Origin: Fistulifera solaris
Lineage: Eukaryota
Assembly (NCBI GenBank): GCA_030295235.1
Contig: AP026158.1
Span: 310,001 to 374,000 of the forward strand
DNA: 64,000 nucleotides
Reading direction: 5' to 3'
The notes under the pieces are model-generated. The model made no database searches and was not told where the DNA came from. It saw only the letters and a program-made list of their open reading frames with translations. Below are positions 12,027 to 23,376 of the stretch, piece by piece (positions within the stretch are counted from its first letter, which is position 1; every line of letters begins with the position of its first letter). The position numbers and the translations under genes were made by a program.

Positions 12027-12578
12027 CTAATGATAAGTTCGACGATACGCTCGGCGGTGGCGTACTCCGCTGTCATCGGTCGACGAATAGCTTTTCTTAC
12101 TGGCTTTCCCACTCGTGCTAGATGTGCTGTCATCCGTGGTCTCTCCACTGTATTTACTCTTTTGCTGGCTTTGCCCGATGATCCGCCCTTGGCACTGCCC
12201 TTAGCACTGGATTTGGAATATTCTTCACCGCTCGATTTACTGTAGCTGTCTTTGCCTTTTCCTTTGCCATTCGACGACTTTTTTCCTTTTCCGGAACTCA
12301 TGTCATCGTCCGACCAGTCGTCATCGGTGGATCCGGCGTCGTACATTGGAAACACTCGCATATCACTCACGACGACACTGTTATCTGACACGAGACCACG
12401 TAGTCGCTGTGAAGAAGGAAAATGTTTCATGTAAGTCAGTCTGATGATTCATGCAGAGAGGAAAGGAGACACCAAAGCAAAGCTCGCAAAACCTTACATT
12501 TGATTCTTCCGTATTTCGCTGTGCTTGGACCACCAAGATCATGAAGCATAGTAAGGTAGGCTTATATAAGAGTATCAT
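12027..12578 (-). CDS. Small secreted Lys/Ser/Gly/Asp-rich protein, silaffin/cingulin-like candidate (exons 12578-12498, 12406-12027; frameshift at 12160-12163)
   Basis: Signal peptide MILLYKPTLLCFMILVVQA. Intron 12497-12407 (GTAAGG..CTGAC..CAG). RLRG propeptide motif, GKGKKSS, GKGKGK and SGKASKKS twice once one A is restored. TAG at 12029-12027. Confidence 0.7.
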
Positions 12579-13471
12579 GGTTGAATTATTTGGTTGATTT
12601 TGCTGCAGTTACGTGGAATGATTGTTTGCGATCGCGGTTTTCTGTCATCACGAGGAAGTGCAAACCGATCATCATCGCATCGATGGCATCAAGCTTTCCC
12701 CTCTGGAATCGATCAGGTACAGTAGTGTAGGTACAAGGTACAAGGTACAAGCCATCCGCCACCTAAGTAACCAACTGCCCCGTTTCCACGAAAGTACTTT
12801 CAAACGAGGTGTAAAACAGAACGAGTCCAGAAGTCCAATAGAATTTTTGTCCTCAATTTGGCCATCCCTAACAATAACACGCCCAACTTCTCCCGCCAAC
12901 GTATCTTCTTCATTGCAACACGTGCAACTCTCTATGTAAGTGGAGTCGCACAAAATTACTTACAAACTCGCCACACGTATTTGACAATTTTTATTATCAA
13001 CGTAAAACTCGAGATATTCTATTGGGAATGATTTGAGGTACAGTCTGTTTTTACTGGTTGTCGTGGTTTGGGGTATTAATTTTAAAATTTGAAACAATGG
13101 GGAGGAGTGAAAATGGTACCAGCTTATTGGAGTAAGCCTATAAAGACCTTCGATGATTTCAATACAAGGAACGTGTGAAAGACATAATGCGAGTGCGTAC
13201 CATTCGTAGCTAAACTCCGCGTGCGCGTGGACGAGCATTATATATATCATCAAGAACATTACGCGTGCTACGTGTAAACGGTCTAAACGTATTTGCAAGC
13301 TAGCGAGGACATGCAGAGTTAGCTCGGAACGACGATCCCTTTCATATTTCGGTTGACAGAGCTTGTGTACGAATACGAATATATAATGGCTGAGCAGAGC
13401 ATTGTGCGATCTCACTATTCGTACGCCGCGGGATTTGAAAGATATCGTCTGTGTTTCCGTATCTACAACGG

Positions 13472-15139
13472 CTACCGCCATCCATCCCGCTCCAGTATAT
13501 AGATCGTCGGCTCCGTCGCAATCTGCCGCTTCCTAAAGTCCAAACGAGGATTCCCATGAGCAACGGCAATGGGATGAAATCCAACCTGGTCCTCGGATTC
13601 CCTCACAAGATGCGTAAATCTCAATAATTCCTCAATCGTATTCTGTTGATTTTCCGATTCGTATCCAGCCTTGTAGAATGTAGTCAACGGCCAAACATTT
13701 TGGATTGCTCTTTGTTCGAACAAAGAAACTCCCGTCATGGCGGCAGCCACGTCAATATGAACATGGAGTTCCTGATCAGTGGCTCGCACTGACTGTAATT
13801 CTTGCTCAAGCAACCGCATTGCTTGACCTCCCGGATAATTCCAACGCGACACTGCCACAAAGAGAGAACTCGCAACAAACGAAATGATACAAGCTAGAAT
13901 CCCCAGTCCAAACAAAAATTTCCCAACGCGCGTCGTTGTCGACAATTTGTCTTTATCCGAGTGTCGCGCCAGGCGCTCCAGTCGTTGCAGTCCCACCGCC
14001 GCGCACAGATTAAAGAGAGGCAATACGGGAAACAGAAATCGCACTTCCTTGTGTCCTAATAACGAATACAATGCCACAAATCCCAGCGCTGGTAATAAGA
14101 ATGGCAAGTAGGTCGGATCGATCCACGGCGGTCGCACCGGTGGCCGTTGATTTTCCAATACCACCATTTCGAGTGCCACAAATTGTTCCGGAAGACGCAC
14201 TATACTCCACGGCACCAACAATCCCGTCAACAACAGTGCTTTGGGTAAAGCCGCCGTCCAATACCAATGCCACGCACTAACACCCCAATCCGAAGATTTG
14301 TTCAGAACAGTATTGTAGTACAAGACACTCATTTCGGGCCATACCCAATGTTGCCACATTAGTGAATCGAAAGGAACGGTAAGGATGGCCGCCGCTATCA
14401 ATGTTAAGATACCGATGCGCAAGGCTTTCGCTACCGTCAATTGTCGTGTGATGAACCACGACAAGCCCACCGTAAATAGTAGCAGAATCAAATCACACCG
14501 CAGCACGGCCGCCGCAAAGACCAGACACACCGCCGCGTACGAAACACGCCGTTGGATCCAAAAGGCGTAACAATGCAAGGTTAGTATCGTGGCGCTACTA
14601 TTGGGCAACATGCGACTGGCATAAAAGGGCAAATGGAATTGACATGCGGTGATGAATAGTAGATAAGACGAGACGGAGGTCGAATCGGCGAAACGGAACC
14701 AAGCGTGTAATGTCACTATCAATTGCGAAAGACGTGCCAGTGTTTGTATCAGACGCGGATTGGTCGCTAGATCGTATCCTGGTAATATCACAAAGCGAAG
14801 CAATTGACAGATCCGACTCCAAACGAACGGCCCCAGAAAAGTCCGCGGCACGACACCAGGATATTGCAAATGATCGTAGGCGATCGTATTCCTGTCAAAA
14901 ACGAACGGAATTCCTTCATAAAAGAGATCATGTGTCGCTTGTATTCCAAAGGATTCTTCGACCTTGGAGAAGGGACAGGCGAATAAACTATACAACGTCG
15001 TGGCGGTGAGAAAGCATTTGGAGAATTGGTGTAGTGAAAGCATCATCTCTTTCTGGCAATAGTCTGTTTGTGCTGAAGAAACGAACGGCGTAGCGTATTG
15101 CGTGTGTAAGTGTTTCCTTATTTTGTTACCTGATACCAT
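13472..15139 (-). CDS. ALG12: Dol-P-Man alpha-1,6-mannosyltransferase (GT22)
   Basis: CPFSKVEESF..QATHD, YDHLQYPGVVPRTF, HLPFYASRMLPN, SLLGHKEVRF, NYPGGQA, HIDVAAAMTGVSLF. The start may be the ATG at 15046. Confidence 0.93.
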   Translation of the reverse strand: MVSGNKIRKHLHTQYATPFVSSAQTDYCQKEMMLSLHQFSKCFLTATTLYSLFACPFSKVEESFGIQATHDLFYEGIPFVFDRNTIAYDHLQYPGVVPRTFLGPFVWSRICQLLRFVILPGYDLATNPRLIQTLARLSQLIVTLHAWFRFADSTSVSSYLLFITACQFHLPFYASRMLPNSSATILTLHCYAFWIQRRVSYAAVCLVFAAAVLRCDLILLLFTVGLSWFITRQLTVAKALRIGILTLIAAAILTVPFDSLMWQHWVWPEMSVLYYNTVLNKSSDWGVSAWHWYWTAALPKALLLTGLLVPWSIVRLPEQFVALEMVVLENQRPPVRPPWIDPTYLPFLLPALGFVALYSLLGHKEVRFLFPVLPLFNLCAAVGLQRLERLARHSDKDKLSTTTRVGKFLFGLGILACIISFVASSLFVAVSRWNYPGGQAMRLLEQELQSVRATDQELHVHIDVAAAMTGVSLFEQRAIQNVWPLTTFYKAGYESENQQNTIEELLRFTHLVRESEDQVGFHPIAVAHGNPRLDFRKRQIATEPTIYILERDGWR

Positions 15140-15989
15140 TCTCTTCTTTCACAAAAAGAAATGAACGTAGGAAATACCAGGTAAATCAAAAGCAACATCG
15201 CGTTCTCTTCGAACGCCCTTTCGGTTGCATTATGGATAGGGATGATATTGCTGCTGTATTGTGTCATCACGAAAACCGGATCCTTTTCGCTCCGTCGTCG
15301 TGGACGCTACGTAGACTTTTGTACTGGAGGCAGCATTTGAGCGCTTTCCAGAGAGACTTCCCTCCCGTAGGAACCAAAAGAACACGAGGAACACCCCTCT
15401 CCTGTCTCCTGTGAGAAAGGAGAAACAGCCTGGTTGGTGATTTACACAACACGAAACACTGAAGAATGCGGCACATTTCGCTGCGGCGCCGTATTTGTTT
15501 TTATCAATCAGTGATTTAGAATGAAATCATACCTTACTTTAGCGTCTACGTTTCATATTATTGGGTTCAAAAAGATGGTAGGAGTACTTGGTTGAATTCT
15601 GTCGGAAATAACTCTGTTTTTGCATGTTCCAAATTTGGGTGGGAACCCTATAGTCACTCTGACATTGAATCCGGAGGCGTTGAATGCCTATTATGACGTC
15701 ATCTTGACGGTCTTGTTTCGCGACGGTCGTTTTCGTTCGTTGTCGCTTTATTTCAACGCGACGACGCGATGATGAGCCGTTGGAAAAAGACGAAACGATA
15801 ATTAATCGCAGCATAAAAACATGCAGAACTCGTACTTGGTAAAGGGAAATATTATAATCTATTGAAAGCCAACCTACAAGCAAAAGTCGCATATTCATCA
15901 GTCGCTGCTACAATTACGGCTGTTAAGAACGTGTCGGTCTTGATTGTTGTTTCCTTTCATCGTTTGGATATCATTCGATCACCCAAAGC

Positions 15990-17996
15990 ATGGCGACTGA
16001 AGCGCTCATCGTTGCGGAGAGCACCCCGATCACAGCTTCTCGCATCACCCTTTCTGAAGATACAAATTCTGCCGAGAATGAATTACCATATATTCGAATC
16101 GTTCCTACTACAACTACAACTGCAACACCGACACGACGCATTCCCTCGTTAGCTAAGGCCCCCACGACACCCCGTGTCGTCCTCGTTCTATTACCCGTCT
16201 TGTCGCTTGTGGCTCATTTTCTCTTTTATTATGGTCAAACTGCACCCATGTGGCGTTTGCATCTATCGCACAACATTTCCGTGTGGGTAAATGCGACCGA
16301 TTTGACCTCACGGACGGCTCTCGATACACTGGGATTGCCGCACGCGAATCATATATTGTTCGAAGAAGAATCGACCGTCCGCACGTTTACGTACGGATAC
16401 GGATTGCAGGAATTGTGGAAAGCCCACGGAATGCCGGGAAAACTCTTGCCGCGTTTCACTGCTCTTCTGTTAATCTTGGCGTCAGGCATTTGGCCTCATT
16501 TGAAGTTGTTGTTGTTACAAGTTTCGTTTTGGTTTCCTTTGCGAAGTCATGTACGACGACAGCGATTCTTGCACATTCTTTCGACATTCGGAAAATGGTC
16601 CTTGGCCGATGTCATTACCGTGTGTGTTATGGTCGCTGTCATGAATCTCGAATGGATCGTGGATCCGGTCGCCATCCAAACAGGTGTCATTCGAGAAATG
16701 CCGACCCTCCTCCAATTTGCCCGAGCCTTGTGGTCAGCCAATACGGTATGTTCCCAACTGTTACACTACGATTGTACGGATGCCAAAAATGCGAAACATT
16801 GGACCAAATGCAATTCGTGCAAACAGTTGGTCCATACCGCTTACACGCATCCGTCGTGGACAAAAACGACCGGGAAAGCGATTTTGAGTGGAATGCGCAC
16901 CAGTGGAGGTGGGACCAGTCGCATGTCGGTCATTGGTATGCGCGGTATTTATGCCTTTTGTTGGGCGGTGTTGCTTTCGATTGCGTTGTCGCTCGTGGTG
17001 GAATATTTGGACGCTCGTGTGCGTCGGAGACGTGTTACGGACCAGACAAATACTGCTACAGCGAGAAGACAACCTTTCACGTTCTTGTATCCGGATAATA
17101 CGCCGAATTATGGTGACTCCGCAGAAATGGGTCGTTCATTACTCTCCGATCATAATGAAAACGGCAGTCAAGGATCCAACTCGTCAGTTGATCAACCGGC
17201 ATCGGCCGTATATTCCTTGAGGTTATTTCAGCAAGATGTATCGTGGTCGTGGATGTACCGACTGGTTCCGTCCGTGACTATTCTGACCGTGGGTTGTGGA
17301 ATTGGGCTTTTCACGATGCAACGGCAAGCGCTAGGAGCGATACCTATTCTGCTTCAAGATGTGCTCGGTTTCTCTTTGAATCGATCATATTCCTTGGTTA
17401 CCTTGACACGGGTTACTGGAGAAGCGGGTGGATGGGATCTGTTACTCATGGGTACGTTTGGTATCTTCATAGTTGTTGGTCCAGCACTACGGGCTCTTTT
17501 GTGTGTACTCGCCTTGGCGCGCATCACACCCGATCGGGCACGACCCGCTTTGGCGTCGGCAATCGACTTTATCGGTGCGTTTTGCGCTTGGGAGGTGCTG
17601 TTGGTCGCCATTGTCATGGTAGGAATGCTTATGCCCACGATTACCAACACGATCTTGCATAAAGCGGAATGTGCGACTGTTTCACCGGATAATGGTTCCT
17701 GTTTTGAAATGAAATATATCTTGGGGAACACGTTTGGTGCCGTGGTGATCGGAGGTATATTGCTGCTCATTACTTCGTCCATGGCAGTGCGCGTCGGGCG
17801 GAAGTATGAGATGATGCGCGATGAAAACGAGAATGATGAGGAAACGACAGCGTCGACATTGGGCATGACGGATTATGGCGTTGTTTATCAAAGAGTCGAA
17901 GACGATGACGATATCGACGAGGAACCATCGAATACTACCGAAGCCAATAACAATGCGAGAAGAAGCAATGATCAAGTCGAAACGGCTAGTGTCTAG
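15990..17996 (+). CDS. Multi-pass membrane protein with two paraquat-inducible-A (PqiA)-like halves
   Basis: SGIWPHLKL and FGKWSLADV (PqiA-like G[KR]WS.LDV), a second half with IGAFCAWEV, and a Cys-rich loop in the first half. Confidence 0.7.
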   Translation: MATEALIVAESTPITASRITLSEDTNSAENELPYIRIVPTTTTTATPTRRIPSLAKAPTTPRVVLVLLPVLSLVAHFLFYYGQTAPMWRLHLSHNISVWVNATDLTSRTALDTLGLPHANHILFEEESTVRTFTYGYGLQELWKAHGMPGKLLPRFTALLLILASGIWPHLKLLLLQVSFWFPLRSHVRRQRFLHILSTFGKWSLADVITVCVMVAVMNLEWIVDPVAIQTGVIREMPTLLQFARALWSANTVCSQLLHYDCTDAKNAKHWTKCNSCKQLVHTAYTHPSWTKTTGKAILSGMRTSGGGTSRMSVIGMRGIYAFCWAVLLSIALSLVVEYLDARVRRRRVTDQTNTATARRQPFTFLYPDNTPNYGDSAEMGRSLLSDHNENGSQGSNSSVDQPASAVYSLRLFQQDVSWSWMYRLVPSVTILTVGCGIGLFTMQRQALGAIPILLQDVLGFSLNRSYSLVTLTRVTGEAGGWDLLLMGTFGIFIVVGPALRALLCVLALARITPDRARPALASAIDFIGAFCAWEVLLVAIVMVGMLMPTITNTILHKAECATVSPDNGSCFEMKYILGNTFGAVVIGGILLLITSSMAVRVGRKYEMMRDENENDEETTASTLGMTDYGVVYQRVEDDDDIDEEPSNTTEANNNARRSNDQVETASV

Positions 17997-18057
17997 CCAA
18001 TTTTGGGAATACTACGAAAAGCTACTTTTGCATGGCCTAATTTGAAAAATGAACTTC

Positions 18058-19601
18058 TCACAAAAAGAAGACGATGGCTAGGTTAGCCCAACGTGAAAAT
18101 AGAGCTTTAGGCCAAGTCGACGTTCCTACAATGGACCTAGCAAAACTCATGGTATTATTTCGTCTTGATTTCGGGGTCTCGACATCGAAGCTATCCTTCT
18201 TTTCCTCAATTCTGATACGCTTCCATGGGCGGAGAAAGGTACGGATGTCGGTTTGTCGATACCAACGTTCAGCAATAAAAGGGTGATGAAGCGCTTCACG
18301 CGGTGTGATCCTGGCACTCGGCTGGATGGCCAACATCTTGTTCACAAGATCAACAAACTGAACGTAGTACTCGGACGACTTGAAAGGGTAAACTTTTTGT
18401 TTGATGGCGCCTAGTTGCACTATCTTGGTAAGCGCGGCAATTGGGTCAGCACTGGCCTTTTGCCGTACCAATTTCGGCGTTGAATTTTTCGTCAGTCGAA
18501 CGAGTGATTTCTTCAACTTCCAAACCGATTCCCCTGAAGACGATTGCTTCGTCTCAAAGAATTGCTGTTTGCGGTGATCTTTGGCTCGCTCCAGCATCTC
18601 ATGAGGAATCATGCCGAGAGTGCCAACGATCTTCTGTATAAGATCAAATTCATGGAAACAAGGAAACAAAGCTCGACCATTGTGCAACTCAACCAGAATA
18701 CAGCCAAGACTCCACATATCGATGGCGACATTATAAGGCAAGCCAAGCATGACTTCGGGTGCGCGATAAGATCTCGATTGAATGTTTGAGTACATGTCTA
18801 TGTTCGACATGCGAGAAGCTCCGAAATCAATCACCTTCACGTCGCTCTTGTTGGGATCTTTCAAAACAATGTTTTCCGGCTTCAAATCACAATGGAGTAC
18901 GTCGACATCTTTTCGAGCCAAGAAAGAAAGGGCTTGAAGCACTTGTTTCGCGATCTTTCGGGTACGGCCCAGAGAGAGACCGCAAAATCGGGTACTTTTG
19001 AGCAATTCGAACAAATTCGACGAGAGGCTTTCGAATACAAGACACTGGTGATTGCGGTGCATGAAATGATTCAAAAAACGCACTGTCCAAAAATGTCAGA
19101 AACAGCTCATGCTTACGTCGCATATAGAGGTTCGATATTGCTAAAACGTACCAATATTGTGCTCATCGTGAGGATCTTTTTCGAAAGATGTTTAAGAAGT
19201 TTTATTTCCCTTTTGGCTTGCCATAGATAGCTCTCCTTCGATTGAATAATCTTGATTGCGACCTCGTGCTTCGTCCACATATTTTCTGCACTAAAAACTT
19301 GTCCGAAGACACCCTGCGATATGCTTTGCTTTAGCTTGTATCTCCCGTCCAACATCTCTCCCGGCTTTACTAAATAATAAGGATGATCTTCAAGCCAATC
19401 ATTTCTGTACGTTTCGTGAGACTTTCCTTCCTTCGTTTTAGAAAGCTTGACACGAATAGCGTCTTTCTTTGGGTAAAATGCGGGATTGCATTGTTTATAA
19501 GTACCATTAAGATACACCGAAAGCTTCACCAGCGGTCGTTCTGCTGGTGGCCGAAATATTTCCAGTGCCTTCTGCGTCAACACTGTCGAAAAGATCTCCA
19601 T
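18058..19601 (-). CDS. DYRK1/Minibrain-like CMGC kinase (intron 19151-19083; frameshift 19177-19181; may extend 5' to 19807)
   Basis: RPLVKLSVYL, QGVFGQV, VAIKII, HCDLKPENI, VIDFG, IQSRSYRAPEV, IDMWSLGC. Restoring one A gives KDPHDEHNI|VRFL across a GT..AG intron. Confidence 0.85.
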
Positions 19602-20105
19602 TTGTCCGTCTCGTTTTGCTCCTCCTTTTCTTCGCTCTGTAATCTCTCTCTACTATTTTTCTTGATTCTTTTATTTTGTGTATTGTTTGAGTGTTTATTA
19701 TCTGTTGCGGGGCAGTGATGATGATTCTTCAAATGGTCCCGGTGCCCAAAAAATTCCTTGCTGTGTCGTGCGGAAGATGTCGAAGGACGTTTTCGATATA
19801 TTAGCATGGCTACCGCTAAGATTCGATGTGGAATTGTTTAGCAATGTTGATACCGGTGTGATCGAGAAGAATTTTTTACTCCGTAACTGACAGTGAAAGC
19901 GAGCGTCGCCCGAACGCGTTGAAAAGCATGTTCATCGCAAAGGATCACGTTGCACTGGACTACTCCTTTTCATTGCTATCATTGTTACTTAGCTTGCTTT
20001 TTTTTTATTCGAATCAATCAATTTATTCGAATAAGACGAAAGAGACGTACCGAATGGTTGGCGATACGCCGCCAAACACGAATGACCGGTTTTCGTTTCG
20101 TTTGT

Positions 20106-20170
20106 AAACTGGTCTCCGAAAACTGGTCTCCGAGACCAGTTTTCTTTTCGAGAAAATGAAAACTGGTCTC
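20106..20170. promoter_or_regulatory. Cluster of four (GA)AAACTGGTCTC elements including a perfect 13-bp inverted repeat, in a divergent intergenic region
   Basis: AAACTGGTCTC at 20106-20116, GAAAACTGGTCTC at 20118-20130 and 20158-20170, and the reverse complement GAGACCAGTTTTC at 20132-20144. A regulatory role is inferred from position only. Confidence 0.5.
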
Positions 20171-20274
20171 GATATCATGACAAGCAACCCCACGATTCAT
20201 CTCATAAAATTACTTTTCGCGAAAAAAGTTATCAAAGTCAATCAACGAATACAACAACAACAACGATTGCAACG

Positions 20275-23014
20275 ATGGAACCTGATATCGAACAGCCTGG
20301 GATGATGATGAAGACGCCTTCCGAAGTGGAGACCAAGCCCACCAAAGAAGAAGAGGAAGACGCGGCCCGCAAGACACTTGTTCGTCACCGCGCCCGAGTC
20401 TCCGTATTGCGATACATGCTGGGTTTCCCCAAAACGTCCTTGACCTTCTTTCTCTTCATCATGTGCTTTGTGCTTCCCATTTCCCGTCCCTACGAGTCCG
20501 TGCAACAGCCGATGCAAGACTTGGGTCTCTTGGTGCAACACGAAGCAGCGCGTGCCAACGAATCCTACTTTGAGCAGTATGCCGCGCAAATCATCAACAT
20601 GACCCAGACGGCCGTGGTAGCGAAACAACAATTGCAAGCTGAGCGCACGTACAATCAAGACTTGGTCGAGAAAGCCAAAGTCCTCGAACAAGCGACTTGG
20701 GTGCAACTGAAATACAGTCGTCGATTGTTGCAACAAGTTTGGCTTCTCGAAAATACTACGACTGCGTTTGTTCGTAACGATACATGCTCTGCCGCCGAAG
20801 TGAGAGACTTGATGCGACGTGTCTATGGCAACCAAGAAGATGCATTCAATGTTAAAGAAGCCGTGTTGAAGGCCTTGGAGCAATTCGTTCAGACGAGTAA
20901 GGCCACGATTCGTCATGTCACAGATTACACAAAGGACCGTACGCAGTACGACTACGATTACTTTATTGGCCTTAAGATGGTGCCCGCCCTCAATCTGATT
21001 CAGTCGATCAAAGCACCCGATCTGGATTTTTCGGTCTACCAAATGGACCTCTTACTCAAATTGGAGGTTTTGATTCGAGATTTACTGGGTCCCTTCAACG
21101 AGTTTTACGTTCGCTTGGACATGTACAAGGCGCACATCAATGGTTTGTCCGTCTCTGTGACAAACTTTCATCTTTACGCGCTCGACTTGTATGCCCGACT
21201 GCAGATGAGCGCGGGCTGGGTCAAGGACTTTCTTCCCAACGGCGCACCTTTGCCCAAGTTTCTGGATTTGAAAGGAGTGGCTTTGCCCGATTCGTTTTTG
21301 CCGGAAATGGATTTGCCATCCTTCTCGACTTCACTGCCCAACATGACCGCCGTCAAGCTAGACTTTAGCAACCGCGTACTGATCATTATTGCCGACTTTT
21401 TGGAGGAACTGGCTCGAAAGGCCTCGGAAGAGACACAAGAAGCAATCCGAATTGCGTTGGAAGCCCTGAAAGAACTATTGACATTGGAAGATTATCATCC
21501 GCCGCAATATGAAAGTCTGCAAGGTGGAAGTCTCGATGATGTGAATGCCCAAATGGAAAAGGACGGACGAAATGTGCTGGAAGAATCGAGAAAGGCTCTG
21601 TTGGGAATCTTCGCTTCACTGGAATACGAGCGAGATAGAGTACCGCGCCCTGATTTGTCCCTCGAAGATGATCTGGAAGACGGAGACTTTCGTGATGATG
21701 ATGAATCACTGTTTGATTGGATGGCTGTGGAACTCCCTACTATATCACTCCCATTTTTGGCTCGGTTGGTCGCGTTTCTTATCAGCTGGCAACTGCTCGT
21801 CGATGCTATCATTCAATTTATCCGGTTTTGGCGCTTACAAAAGAAGTGGGAAGACTGGGCAGTACCGAAGCTTCCGGACGTAAACCTTGCCAGTACTCCC
21901 AGCCCTGGCCCTGAAGAAGAAAAAGAAGCCCTCGGCCATGTCTCAGAATGGACGCGCTTTGATGGAGAACTGCACGTTCGGTACCTGGATATTCCTTGTG
22001 CTTGGACTTTTGTTCTTGGTGGCCCTGGCTATTTACGTTCCTACCGTAAAATCCCAGTGCATTGACTCTCAGGAAGGAACATTTATGGCTCGCAAATTCT
22101 TGGGTCCCAACTACGTCAACGAAGCCAACCGGAAGGGATCGGCCCGTGCGGGTGTATTGCGTGCAAACATTCGCAAGGAGAAGAGAAACTTGTGTGAATA
22201 TATCTATGACAATGGAAAGCGATACGAAAAGATGTTGTACGAAGCTCATCAAGCCGCTGTCGATGCACACGTAAATCTCCTTTTGGACGCACAGTACGAA
22301 CGTCAACTGATGCAACGTTGCGTCGACATACCGAAATTGGATGAGCACATGGCATCTGCGTGCTGTGGATTAGAGGGACACTATGACTTTGACTACAAGA
22401 CAGAGCAAAGCAATCAGATCTGCTCCGCTGACCAGCAGAAAGGTGATTGCCCTATGGATGCGCAAAGCGACCCAATGTCTCCCTTCCGAACTCTGAGCGA
22501 ATACCTTGGACACCCCGTGTTTGATCAATTTGACGCAAGTCGGTGGACTTTGGCGGAGACAGATATTGACTACTGTGACGTTCTTGACGACCTAGGAAAA
22601 CTGGAGCTTGACGCAATCGATGAAGAGCTTATCCTGGACCTTTCCATCGAAGCATTCTGCAAAACAGAAGTATGGTTCATTCAAGTACTTGTTGGGGGTG
22701 CTGTGCTGATTTTGTTTGCCCTAATCATGCACTTGAAGTGCGACTTGTTCTTCGATGGCACCAAACGAGTTTATTGGCGACAGCTGTCCGCCGAAAGCAC
22801 CGTCAAATGCTACGCCGATGTCCGAGAAGATGGCAGTTTCTCGGTCAAGGTGAACATGTATGAACGAGCGGAACGAATCCGCGCGGCATTGAAGTCTTAT
22901 GAATTTATTGGAAAATGCAAACTGCGACTGGCTGCATTCCTGCTCGTGTTCGAAATCATACTGGCGTGTGTACTGAAACATTTCTTAAGGAAGTGGTTTG
23001 GTGAATACGTTTAG
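20275..23014 (+). CDS. Large (about 910 aa) multi-pass membrane protein with two big loops; frameshift at about 21920-21924
   Basis: ORFs 20275-22065 and 21887-23014 overlap at an A-rich run (PEEEK/KKPSAMSQ). About 5 hydrophobic segments, a helical first loop and a Cys-rich second loop. Confidence 0.7.
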
Positions 23015-23376
23015 ATGAATCATCGGCGGGTTGCGCTGGTCTATGAAAAAGAAACGAAAAGAAAAGAAAAGAGATAGAAAATAAATGGAAAATAAACAGA
23101 AAAACTGTAGCAAACTAAGTGCCTTCATAGATTTCAACGTTAGCCTGTCTTAGATCGGCTCAACTTTTAAAAATTGGTGTGTCGAGTTGCGTTACGAGTG
23201 TAAGACGTTTTATTAAAATTGACTACGTTTGGCTTTTAGTAACCTTGTTGCCGACCGGTACTGAAAAGTACACCCATTGGGAGATGCACCAAACGATGCA
23301 CCGCACCTTATATAAGTGAAGCTGCTATTCATGCTCTCACCCTATTATGATTCACTTGAATCTCATAAAACAGGAA

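Noticed and set aside
12960..13481. 173-aa ORF or MITE in the AT-richer spacer downstream of ALG12
   Set aside because: Non-protein-like composition, and I could not find terminal inverted repeats or a target-site duplication.
16250..17098. Long alternative-frame or antisense ORFs (also 9943-10581 and 20242-21042)
   Set aside because: They overlap better-supported genes and have no motifs; they are shadow ORFs.
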